Below, one piece after another: positions 14,901-24,000 of a stretch of DNA of 29,841 nt (positions within the stretch are counted from its first letter, which is position 1; the number at the start of each line of letters is the position of its first letter). Below the pieces are notes generated by a model, which had not been told where the DNA came from, did not search any database, and saw only the letters and a program-made list of their open reading frames with translations. The translations under genes were made by a program, and so were the position numbers. Location: positions 1-29,841 of IMG/VR virus record IMGVR_UViG_3300020420_000045; one strand, written 5' to 3'. Source of the DNA: a virus (taxonomy: Duplodnaviria; Caudoviricetes).

Positions 14901-17103
14901 TGGTTAAATCGTTTTGAGTTTGTATTTCTCTAACATAATTGCCTTCTATAGCATCAAGTTTTGTACCGTCAGCAGCTACGTCACGACCATCTACTGTTCC
15001 TGTGACAGTTATGTTTCCTGTTACGTCAATTCCAGCAGAAAAGTCGTGATTTCCTACAGAAGTAATTGTTCCGTTTTTAGCAATCGTAAACTGGCTAGTT
15101 AATGTACCGCCATCACCTGACCAGCTATCGCCTATTCCAATAGTCAAAGCTGCGTTGCCAACATTAAATATTTTTGGACAATCAACACCAGCACTATCTC
15201 TGTTACCCATTAAAAGTCTTTGACCACCAGCCGAGTCAGATATTTTAAAAACATCTTCAACTGAGCCTGTTCCATCAACTGTAAGATTTCCTGATGTTGT
15301 TGTAATATTCCCTGTTACGTCAAGTCCCTCTTGAGCATTAAGGTTTCTAGCTACATTAACTACATTTCCTGACGTTGGAGATAAGGTAATATTATTCTTG
15401 GCATATATGAATCCGTCATGTGTAAATCTTATATCGTAGTCATCTGTTGCTGGACTTTTTAAATCAATAAAAGCACCTGTAGAACCACCAACTTCTATAG
15501 TTCCGTAATCATCACTTGATTTAATAGTTATATTTGCCGTACCTGATTTATCTATTGTTACGCTCCCAGTTAACGTACCACCAGCAAGAGGTAGTTTGGT
15601 TGCTATTGAGTTGGTGACAGTTGTTGAGAAGTTAGCATCATCTCCAAGTGCTGCTGCGAGTTCGTTAAGTGTATTTAATGTACTTGGGCTAGAGTCAACT
15701 AGGTTTGATATTGCTGTATCTGTATAAGCTGTTGTCGCAACTTTTGTAGAGTTATCACTTGCTGATTGGGTTGTTGCTGTAACTCCGTCAGTTAATACTC
15801 CAGAGCTAGAAGTAAGCCCACCAAATAAAGTATTTCTTGCTGCAATATCAACTCCGTCAACTGTTCCTGTAACGCTTATATTTCCTGTTACTACTACACC
15901 ATTAGTATTAACTTTAAATCGTTCTGTTGGAGTGATTACATCATTACTTCCACCAGTTACTTGATCATCAGCAAAAAATTGTGTAGCACCATTATTAAAC
16001 CTAATCATACTGCTACCGCCCCAATTGCCTTGAGTATATTGATAGGCTGATCCAGTTGAACCTGATGTAAGGTTCATGTTTATACTAAAAAATCTACCAC
16101 CACCTTGCCTGTATTCATAAATTGAGAAATGTCTATCATTTGTAGCACCATTATCATCAATCCTTAAAGCTTCTTGTAGTCCAAAACTTGTATTCGGAGA
16201 ATCGGGAGTAGTATCTATAATTAACGTGCCATCTGTTATGTCAATATTGCCTGTCACATCAATGCCAGCACCAACATCTAAATTGCCATCTATATCAACG
16301 TGTCCATCACCATTTATTTGTAGTCTTGTAGCACCATTAGTAACATCATAAAATCTTAACGCACCAGCATTATCATCTATCAAATAATCAGGATTATTAT
16401 TACTATCAGCAAAAGTAATTCTAGGTTGAGTATTTGTTATTGTTAAATTCCCAGTTGAAGTAATAGCTCCTGTTACGTCAATACCAGCCCCAACGTCTAA
16501 GTTGCCAGCTATAGTTGTGACACCAGCAGAAGAAATAGTTAGTCTATTTGTTGCTGCATCAACATCTCTTATTCTAAATAATCCACCAGCATTACCTACT
16601 TCGTAATCATTTTCATCTTCTGCATCTTGAAGTGATAAAAAAGGTTGTGAACCTGTAATAGTTATATTATTTGAGCCTATAGTTCCAGTTGTAACTATAT
16701 TCTGCGATCCAAAGTTAGGAGAAATCTTTGACCCTGCTATCGCTGCACTACTAGAAATATTTTCATTTTCAATAATTCCTGTTTGTAAATTATTATGATT
16801 TATTTTTAATCCTGATGGCAAAGTGCCAGTAGCAAGTTTTGATAAAGCTATAGCTGCATCTGAAGCTACTTTTGCATTATTAATAACCCCACTATCAATC
16901 GTAAAAGTTGTACCGCTATTACTTATTGTTAGATCTCCTTTATCTCCATCAGACAATCCAGTGCCTATTTCAGCTATATTACCGTCATCTTTTTTAGTAA
17001 ATAGTTTACCGTTATCAGTCCTTAAAGCTACTTCTCCTACAACTAAGTCACTGGTACTTGGATTACTGCCAGTTCCTCTCTTAAGTTTAATTCTGTTAGA
17101 CAT
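11977..17103 (-). CDS. Long mosaic tail fibre protein
   Basis: 1708 aa G/S/T/N-rich; IKLKRG...L..GE.A N-terminus; repeated GSGLDAD.LDG and NLDVGAGIDVTG modules; PSTLNTLNELAAALGDD motif. Confidence 0.88.
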   Translation of the reverse strand: MSNRIKLKRGTGSNPSTSDLVVGEVALRTDNGKLFTKKDDGNIAEIGTGLSDGDKGDLTISNSGTTFTIDSGVINNAKVASDAAIALSKLATGTLPSGLKINHNNLQTGIIENENISSSAAIAGSKISPNFGSQNIVTTGTIGSNNITITGSQPFLSLQDAEDENDYEVGNAGGLFRIRDVDAATNRLTISSAGVTTIAGNLDVGAGIDVTGAITSTGNLTITNTQPRITFADSNNNPDYLIDDNAGALRFYDVTNGATRLQINGDGHVDIDGNLDVGAGIDVTGNIDITDGTLIIDTTPDSPNTSFGLQEALRIDDNGATNDRHFSIYEYRQGGGRFFSINMNLTSGSTGSAYQYTQGNWGGSSMIRFNNGATQFFADDQVTGGSNDVITPTERFKVNTNGVVVTGNISVTGTVDGVDIAARNTLFGGLTSSSGVLTDGVTATTQSASDNSTKVATTAYTDTAISNLVDSSPSTLNTLNELAAALGDDANFSTTVTNSIATKLPLAGGTLTGSVTIDKSGTANITIKSSDDYGTIEVGGSTGAFIDLKSPATDDYDIRFTHDGFIYAKNNITLSPTSGNVVNVARNLNAQEGLDVTGNITTTSGNLTVDGTGSVEDVFKISDSAGGQRLLMGNRDSAGVDCPKIFNVGNAALTIGIGDSWSGDGGTLTSQFTIAKNGTITSVGNHDFSAGIDVTGNITVTGTVDGRDVAADGTKLDAIEGNYVREIQTQNDLTTRFDSGFYETSTATTGEGWPVTSNGWYHLIASTHSNTTNYYSMQIAGDFFNQKFYIRNTHNSGTRAWSEIWTSSSDGAGSGLDSDTVDGIEGASFLRSDANDTATGNIEFTGHVRIVTGDIDNTNTTKGLMFDAGYEDGRYRTRIRKDDKGGGIPLYIDSSDGTANSYTAIARFGGYTNNTEKFEVFGTAKATTFSGSGASLTNIPAGQLTGTIADARIPDIITPATRVQTSEVRTGNGQQLILNAGESNGKVSGQTGEYVYVNAEAGLSVNTPDSANANWQGGTASNQTLITGTAITIDGNTVFHQGNDGSGSGLDADKLDGEEGSYYRNASNINAGTLAAARVATLNQNTTGSAASLVLGNDSTGSSAKRIVFASADSGTVTIQADTNSGATYTPSTGTISAQIFNGSGSGLSNLNASNLASGTIPAARLSASDLLTKIKTVDGNGSGLDADTLDGIGSGSFLRSDANDTYTGTLSLAGHIVDSGDSRSVKLMGGTTNSQPFLGIGEQSLYGMKIRWDSSQSIEFDGFWNTSVDGARNKDLGSINVNTSTWNFPAATFSNGINVGDLANGGITGNNYDITGVNSLAFNDPGEGIIFKSGLTLILIDDDNDNICNFDGAAELRVNNSKVWHAGNDGSSSGLDSDKLDGQEGSYYRNAGNINAGTLNAARLPNHSAALLTSGTIPDARISGNFLKSNASDTMTGTLTIGDGSAQTELHIKKADNNVSDHLQFYNGTTRMGEIGCEDTTWLRINQETAKNIYTPRYIRADAGFFVDGTTKGINGSGNFTGGTIAGASDYSTLIRSDANDNVTGHTEWQDSYEVRLGAGADMRLYHNGSQSYIDNHTSHLYIRNAGSNDNANIYIQARDDENSIICEDDADVRLFSNGTEVFRTDTTNSNKSKHLYPWTNNAYDLGSTSLRWKNLYVNDMHFSNHPENPNSVDGTWGDWTLQEGENDIFMINNRSGKKFKIAMIPV

Positions 17104-17107
17104 TGGT

Positions 17108-17117
17108 TCACCTCCTT
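17108..17117 (-). promoter_or_regulatory. Strong Shine-Dalgarno site for the long fibre gene
   Basis: Minus strand AAGGAGGTGA a few nt before ATG 17103. Confidence 0.7.
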
Positions 17118-17133
17118 AAATACTGGTCAGCTA

Positions 17134-18435
17134 TCAATAAACCCCTCCATCTATATCAAAACCAGAAACTGTGCCATTTTCTAAAAATGTTATTAAATCA
17201 GACAAAGCAACTTGAACCATAGTTCCATTATCATTAATAACCATACGATCTGCTAAAGCTAAAGTTGTAGCAGTTGCTGATGTGCCACCGTCAATAATAT
17301 TTAACTCTGATGTAGTGACTGTTGCACCGTCAAGAATTCCAACTTCCACACTTGTTAAATCGGCAAGAGCAGATGCTGTAGCTGATGCCATTGTTGCAAG
17401 TTCTGTAAGCTCAGAATCTAATGGCTGTTTATTATCTAACTGTGTTTGCAAGTTAGAAGTAACACCATCTATATAATTTAACTCGGTAGTTGTAGCTGTA
17501 AGACCATCTAATTTGTTTATTTCTGCTGTAGAAGCAGTAACCCCATCAAGAATATTAATTTCTGCCGTTGTCGAAGTTACACCATCAAGAATATTTAATT
17601 CTGCTGTAGTTACAGTAGCGTCATCTAAAATTTGTACCTCATCTTGTGATAAATCTGCTAAAGCACTAGCAGTATTAGCAGCCATTGTTGCAAGTTCATC
17701 TAATTGAGGGTCATAAGCCTGTACGTCAGAACCTATAGCAACTCCAAGATTTGTTCTGGCAGAGCTTGCGTTTGACGCTCCTGTACCCCCATGTGCCACT
17801 CCTATATCTGTACCACTCCAAACACCTGATGTGATAGTGCCAACTGAAGTTAAACTTGACGCTAAAACTGTTGAGCCAAGTCCTGTCTTTGATAAAACAA
17901 CAGCACCATCAATACGGAAATTTTTAGATGCAACAAGTTCTATATGCTCTGAAGATGTCCAAGAATCAGTAGCGTTTAACCAATTAAATGTGTGATCCTG
18001 AGTTCCTTTTAAAGTAAGCCCACCACCGTTTGCAGTTGTATCAGTAGGCGAACTTACTTTACCTAATTCAATATTTTTGTCTGCGACATCAATTGTACTA
18101 CTGGAAATAGTAGTGGTAGTACCTTGAACTGTTAAGTTTCCAACAATTGTCAGGTTTTGATCTATAGAAAAACTTGGAATTGTAGCACTACTTAAATCAA
18201 CAGTTCCTGTAAAAGTTTTGTTACCTGATACTGTTTGATTTCCAGTTTTATCAACAAAAGCTCCAGAACCAGCTATAGCTTTAATAGATGAAGCTGAACC
18301 TCCAGCACCGCCTGACCCGATACCAAGATAAAGAGTGTCATCAACTGCGTTATATGCTGGTTCTGTTTCCATCAAAGAAGATGGTGCGCCAGCAGCACCT
18401 GATGCTCTTCTTTTAAATCTTAGAATGTTTGCCAT
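17134..18435 (-). CDS. Tail fibre/structural protein with 13-aa repeats
   Basis: GNLTVQGTTTTI, VAHGGTGA, tandem (T)TAE(L/I)N(I)LDGVT(S/A) repeats. Confidence 0.75.
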   Translation of the reverse strand: MANILRFKRRASGAAGAPSSLMETEPAYNAVDDTLYLGIGSGGAGGSASSIKAIAGSGAFVDKTGNQTVSGNKTFTGTVDLSSATIPSFSIDQNLTIVGNLTVQGTTTTISSSTIDVADKNIELGKVSSPTDTTANGGGLTLKGTQDHTFNWLNATDSWTSSEHIELVASKNFRIDGAVVLSKTGLGSTVLASSLTSVGTITSGVWSGTDIGVAHGGTGASNASSARTNLGVAIGSDVQAYDPQLDELATMAANTASALADLSQDEVQILDDATVTTAELNILDGVTSTTAEINILDGVTASTAEINKLDGLTATTTELNYIDGVTSNLQTQLDNKQPLDSELTELATMASATASALADLTSVEVGILDGATVTTSELNIIDGGTSATATTLALADRMVINDNGTMVQVALSDLITFLENGTVSGFDIDGGVY

Positions 18436-18474
18436 GAGCTTAGTTTAGGTAAAGGCTAGTGGTAGCAATGGATT

Positions 18475-18729
18475 TCAAAAATTTCCTCCATCCGTTAATT
18501 CAGTTGGAGTTACATCTGCGTCTGCCCTGTAAGATTGAGCCGAAGCATCAAACCTAATGATACTCCCATCTACCCTATTATTATCAATTAAATCTAATCC
18601 AGCAGCACCTTGACTACCTTGTGTTATTACAGAAACAACTTTTGCTTTCGATGAGCTTCCATTAATGTTAACTTGAGTTTCATTTACATGAATTTTATTT
18701 TTTACAGTAGTGACTTCAATTTTGCTCAT
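18475..18729 (-). CDS. Hypothetical tail-associated protein
   Basis: 84 aa ending in DGGNF, like the DGGVY end of the neighbour; ATGA overlap. Confidence 0.7.
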   Translation of the reverse strand: MSKIEVTTVKNKIHVNETQVNINGSSSKAKVVSVITQGSQGAAGLDLIDNNRVDGSIIRFDASAQSYRADADVTPTELTDGGNF

Positions 18730-19076
18730 CTTGTATAGCCTTGACTTACAGTTATTCTACCCTCTATATAATGTTCTTTCAAACCATTACTATTTGTTAA
18801 TAAAACATCATAATACAATTCATCTGGAAAGTTTTCAGTTTGTGAATCTGTTAAAACAAGTGTTATTTTTCCATTTTGTTTATCATCATAAACAACTCCA
18901 AATGTTGCATATTTACAATCTCTATCCTTATCCCAAGCTTCTGAAGCAACAGTAAAACCAGTAAGATCCATAGCTACTTCAGATCCATCAGCTTGTGTAG
19001 ATTTAAAAATATACTGCTCACTCCAATCCATACCTCTTTGAAGTGTAAAATTTCTTAAGGCTGGACTGATTGCCAT
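18726..19076 (-). CDS. Tail-associated beta-sandwich (baseplate adaptor-like) protein
   Basis: NFTLQRG.DW, DLTGFT, GKITLVLT..QT, YYDVLL, IEGRITV. Confidence 0.65.
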   Translation of the reverse strand: MAISPALRNFTLQRGMDWSEQYIFKSTQADGSEVAMDLTGFTVASEAWDKDRDCKYATFGVVYDDKQNGKITLVLTDSQTENFPDELYYDVLLTNSNGLKEHYIEGRITVSQGYTR

Positions 19077-19078
19077 AA

Positions 19079-19297
19079 TTATCCTTCAGTATCAGGTGCT
19101 GCGTTTGGAACGTCTTCTATAGGAGGTTCAATCTTATTATAAGCATTAATCTCACCATTCAAAGCATCAACTTGTTTTTCTATTTGTCTTTGTTTTGTTA
19201 AAATTTGATTTTTTTGAGTTTCAAGTTCTTGAAATTGTTTTACAAGTTCTTGACCTTCTGATTGAGCAGTAGCTCTTAGTTCTTGAATAGTTGACAT
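19079..19297 (-). CDS. Coiled-coil hypothetical protein
   Basis: 72 aa, Q/E/K-rich heptads. Confidence 0.7.
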   Translation of the reverse strand: MSTIQELRATAQSEGQELVKQFQELETQKNQILTKQRQIEKQVDALNGEINAYNKIEPPIEDVPNAAPDTEG

Positions 19298-19340
19298 AAA
19301 TAAAAATAAATATATGTAATCTTATTATATATTGTATTAA

Positions 19341-21026
19341 CTACATTTCCACTTCTATTAGATTAAATTTATAAGTTTTCCCATTTCTATGATTTTTTAA
19401 AAATAAATCATTTTCTCCCTCTTGAATTGTGTAATCACCCCATGTTCCATCAACATCGTTTGATTGACCTTTATTTGATAATTGCAAGTCATTAACATAT
19501 AAATTATTCCATCTATCATCTGTTGAACCTAAATTTTTAGAGCCATCTGGTATAACATCAGTATCAAAACTTAAAGCACTTCCTGTCCATTGTATCCTTG
19601 CAGCATGGTTATCGGTAGAACCATCAGTTGCATGAAAATCAAGCGTTTTTCCTATTTCTATAACCCCTGAACTATCAACATATGGCACTACACCCCATCT
19701 ATTACCACTTATTGATAATATTTTATTACCTAATCTTGTTGAATCACTAGCTGTTAAAGATATAGTTCCAGAGGCTGTTAAATCTTCACAACTTATATGC
19801 AATCCAGATAATGTCTTGGTAGATGGATTGTAATTCAAATGTGCATTATCAGTATCAATATATTGCCTGTTGTAGCCTGTATCGTTTTTTGTTGAAAAAG
19901 TTACTTGATATTCAACAGCATCATTTTTTTCATCAATATCAATATTATTAGCATTAGTAGCCGTTCCTGTGACATTACCAGTAATTTGACCATCAACTTG
20001 CAATGTAGAAGTGATTCTTGCAGTACCAGCAACGTGTAATTTATGAGAAAAAGATGTAGCACCAATTCCTAAACCTGTTGTAGTTAACCTCATAAGGTCG
20101 CTTGAACCATCTCTAGTTCTATACCTTTGAACATCAGCATCTATAAATGAATCATTTGAATCAGTACCAAACCTTGCGTAACCATCATTATTCTGAACTC
20201 TCATATATACAGCACTATTTGTTGCTTGCTTAATATGTAATCTATCGTCTGGACTTGTATCATCTCCAATACATACAGCACCTCCAGAATCAATAATCAT
20301 TCTAGCTGTGTTATCTGTTAAAAACTTCATATCTGCTGCCTCGTTAGCCTCAAATATCAAACTTCCTGTTCCTCTGTGAATTAAGCTTGTAGCTGTATTA
20401 GCACCACTATTGCCTCTAATAATTCTAAAACCATAATCTGTATAAGTTTCATCACCAACTAAATCTATATAAGCATTTCTATTACCAGAACCTCCAGCAC
20501 CTACCTCTAAATAGCTACTTGATGACCCATTTTGGATACGAAAAGTTCCTGTAATATCGAGACTATAGCCTGGATTTACTGTGCCTATCCCAACTTGGCC
20601 GTTTGACTCGATCGTAAATCTATCTCCACTATTAGTTGTAAATCTAAGTTCATTTGAAGCACCTAAATACATACCATTTGCTGGTTTTGTAGAGCCTGTT
20701 ACATTAACTCTTGCTGCTTGAAGCTGACCAGATACTGTATTATTTCCTGTCGTAGAAACATTACTTGTAGTTGTTAAAGCTCCTGTTTCTAAATTTACAA
20801 ACTTGTGAGTTCCACTTGCACCTTCTAATCTTTCAAATGCATTATTAGCTGCATTACGTCTTTCAAAATAACCAGCAGTATTCCACCTAACAGCCCTTAC
20901 AGGATAACTTCCACTATGATTAGTTCCATCAGAAAATAAAGATGATATTGTATTATCCCTTGCTTTAAGCTCAGTAATAAAATTTGTATATGTGCTATTT
21001 AAAGCTGGTTTTGTAAAGTCAGACAT
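19341..21026 (-). CDS. Tail fibre protein
   Basis: G.VGIGT..P...L.(I/V) repeats; C-terminal domain shared with the 1708-aa fibre. Confidence 0.82.
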   Translation of the reverse strand: MSDFTKPALNSTYTNFITELKARDNTISSLFSDGTNHSGSYPVRAVRWNTAGYFERRNAANNAFERLEGASGTHKFVNLETGALTTTSNVSTTGNNTVSGQLQAARVNVTGSTKPANGMYLGASNELRFTTNSGDRFTIESNGQVGIGTVNPGYSLDITGTFRIQNGSSSSYLEVGAGGSGNRNAYIDLVGDETYTDYGFRIIRGNSGANTATSLIHRGTGSLIFEANEAADMKFLTDNTARMIIDSGGAVCIGDDTSPDDRLHIKQATNSAVYMRVQNNDGYARFGTDSNDSFIDADVQRYRTRDGSSDLMRLTTTGLGIGATSFSHKLHVAGTARITSTLQVDGQITGNVTGTATNANNIDIDEKNDAVEYQVTFSTKNDTGYNRQYIDTDNAHLNYNPSTKTLSGLHISCEDLTASGTISLTASDSTRLGNKILSISGNRWGVVPYVDSSGVIEIGKTLDFHATDGSTDNHAARIQWTGSALSFDTDVIPDGSKNLGSTDDRWNNLYVNDLQLSNKGQSNDVDGTWGDYTIQEGENDLFLKNHRNGKTYKFNLIEVEM

Positions 21027-24000
21027 TTAAACTCCTCTTACAGTAAAGTCTACAGTGACGGCAGAAGTAGCACCACTATTTGGAACAGGATTGCCACTAT
21101 TATCAAACAAGTATATTCTAAATCCTTGTGAAGGATTCGCAGTATCTTCAAAATCATAAATCGCATATTTAGCAGCAGAACTTGATCCTCTTATTTGTAA
21201 AGTTATTGAATCTACGTCAATAAAAGTTTTATTGAAAGTAACTAACTTACCACCGCTAACATCACTTAATGTAACGCTTGTATTTCCTTGATCTGTAAAT
21301 TGTTTTAAAAATGTTTTTGTTCTAACAACATTTACTTTTGCTAGATCATCATTATCAGCACCATCAAATCTATGAGTAACTCGTATAAATCTAAAATTAG
21401 TTGCTATAACTTTATTTTTATTTTGACCAAAAGAAGTAAACGTACCAGCAGAACCACTACCATTATCTGGTGCGATTTCAATCTCTGTATTAAGTGATAA
21501 TCCATTTCCAACAGTAAAACTATCTTCAAATCCAACTGTCGCTTCTATTTTTGTTTTTGCAATAGTAGCTCCTGTATCTATTGTTTCTCTATATAATCCT
21601 GAGTTTAAAGTAGGTAAAGCATAAGGAGTCGAACTACCATATACTCCAAAAGTCCTAGATGTATCATTATTATTTGGATCAAAATGTTGTTTCCAAGTTC
21701 TAGAGGTATCTATACAATAAAATATTCCGCCACCTTCAAAAAAACCATTTGTTTTCGTTCCACTCAAATCACTAACATGATCTTGTTTTAAGATAAAATC
21801 AGGAGGTTCATCTACTTCAGCAATTACTGATTTTGATAAACCTTGATGACCAGCAGTATTGATAGGAAATATTTTATATTCAAAAGTACCACCAACTTGT
21901 TCAAAAACTGTTGTAAAAGTTCCTAGTTTTTGTCCAACTAAAGTAGTTAAACCACCTGCAATTTTATATATATTATAAAAAGCTATAGGAAGTTGCCCTA
22001 CACCTACAGAACTTTCCGTCCAGCGTAATAAAACATTATTGTCAATAACTTCATCATTAAAACTTGTAACTTGTGATGGTGCTACTACTTCAAACATCAC
22101 ATCAGCCAAATCTCCCTCATTACCATTAATATCAACAGCACGAACAAAATATTTTTGTTTTACCTGTGACCATGTTACTTCTTCAGTTACAGATGTACCA
22201 TTTTGCATAAATTTAGCTGCTCCCATATTTGATTGATTTGCATTTTCATTCGCACGATATATTTTATAAAAAGCAATTGGTAGTCCATTAATTTTAGTAG
22301 CATCAGAAGGGTTTTTTGCTTTTGGCACTTCATCCCAATCTACAAAAGCACTAACGCCAACTACTGTTGCTGAAAGGTTTTGTGGTGCTGGAGGAGGAGT
22401 AACAGTTACATCTGGATAATCTGGATCTGCCCCAGTACGACCCACATCTCCAACAGTATTATTAATATCTCTTGCTGCAACAAAAAACCTTCTTGCAGTA
22501 GATGTATTTAAAATTGCATGATCAACTTCAAATAAATAACTTTCAGAATTAATTACATCTAAGTTAGATGCAGCATTAAAGTTTGTATTGTTAGTAGCAC
22601 TTGATCTTATAATATAATCTTTTATTTTAGTAGCTCCTTCTGCTGGTTTTGCCCAAGATAACCTTATTTTTGAACCTTCATATGTATATGAAATATTAGG
22701 AGCAGCAGCTTTAGCAAAGGGTACAGCTAAAGATTTTTTACCGCTAAGTTTGCCAATAATATCTCTAGCTTCTACTTTAAATGTTTGCGCTGATGACCAA
22801 GTTACTGGAACAGTAAGAGTTGTTGAATTTGTAGTTGCTATAAGTGTACTTCCTTGAAATATATCATAATCTTGTATGGCAAATCTATTGCCATCAACTA
22901 CTGATGCAGACCAATTTAAAACAAGATTATCATTTGAATATGCACTTGTAAAAGTTGCTGGTTGTCGAGGAATACTTATAGCTAAACTTGCGGATCTAGC
23001 TAAATTGCTTTCGTTACCGTCTTGGTCAATTGCTTTTATTGAATAAGTTTTTGTTGTATCTCCACTACTTGGTAAAGTAGGCACGACTACAGATGTTGCA
23101 TTAAATTCTCCTAGTAAAGATCCAGTACCATAAGAACCTTCGTAAATCTTATATCCTCTTATATCAAGGTCAGAAAATGTTGGAAATTCTCCTTCTAATG
23201 GAGTCCATGACAAGACAATACCAAGATGCGGATCTAAAGATGCTGAAAAGTCATCCCTTACTCTTGAAGGTAATGAATTTTTACCTCTTACTTTTTTGTT
23301 ATTAAGAGATAATGGTTTTTTTGATTTCTTACCAGATGCACTTATACTTTTAACTCTTATGTCATATTCGACAAAACCTATTTGTGGTTGATTTTTTTTA
23401 GTTTTAGGAACATTAATATCATCTATTGAATAGGTTGGATCTTGTAATTCAACAGTCCGCCATCCTGTATTATTTTTTCTATATCGTAATTCATATCGAT
23501 TTACTCCAATAACTGGTTTCCATGCAATTAAAAGTCTTACTTTGACTTGATTTTTTTCTTTATATAATTGCTCAATTGGATAGGTAACTGGGTTAGATGG
23601 ATCTGTAGTACTATCAACTGCAAAACCTGTTGGGCTTGTTGGTACTAAATCTAAATTAGTAACATCTCTATGCTCAAGAGTTTCGTTTTCTTCAACTACT
23701 GCATATTTACTTTCATTATGTAATACAGCAGTAACTGTATAAGTAAAATCATCTTCTTCTTCTACTGAAATTACTTTATAAAGTTGAGATTGAATTGCAG
23801 CATTAGTGCCAGTAGTTTCAATAACCCAAAAAGAACCAATATTAGGATCTTGATTTTGAAATTTATTTGTATAAACAGGATTTTCTTGTAATGTGTTCTC
23901 TAAAAAAGGATCATGACCATCATCATCAGTTACTTTTTTTCTAAATCTCCCTGCTACTGTTATTTTTTTTGTTGTTGTGTTTATATTAGAAATTGCTCTT

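Noticed and set aside
11977-19535. Diversity-generating retroelement TR/VR pair in the fibre C-termini
   Set aside because: The similarity is at protein level, differences are not adenine-specific, and no reverse transcriptase is in the window.
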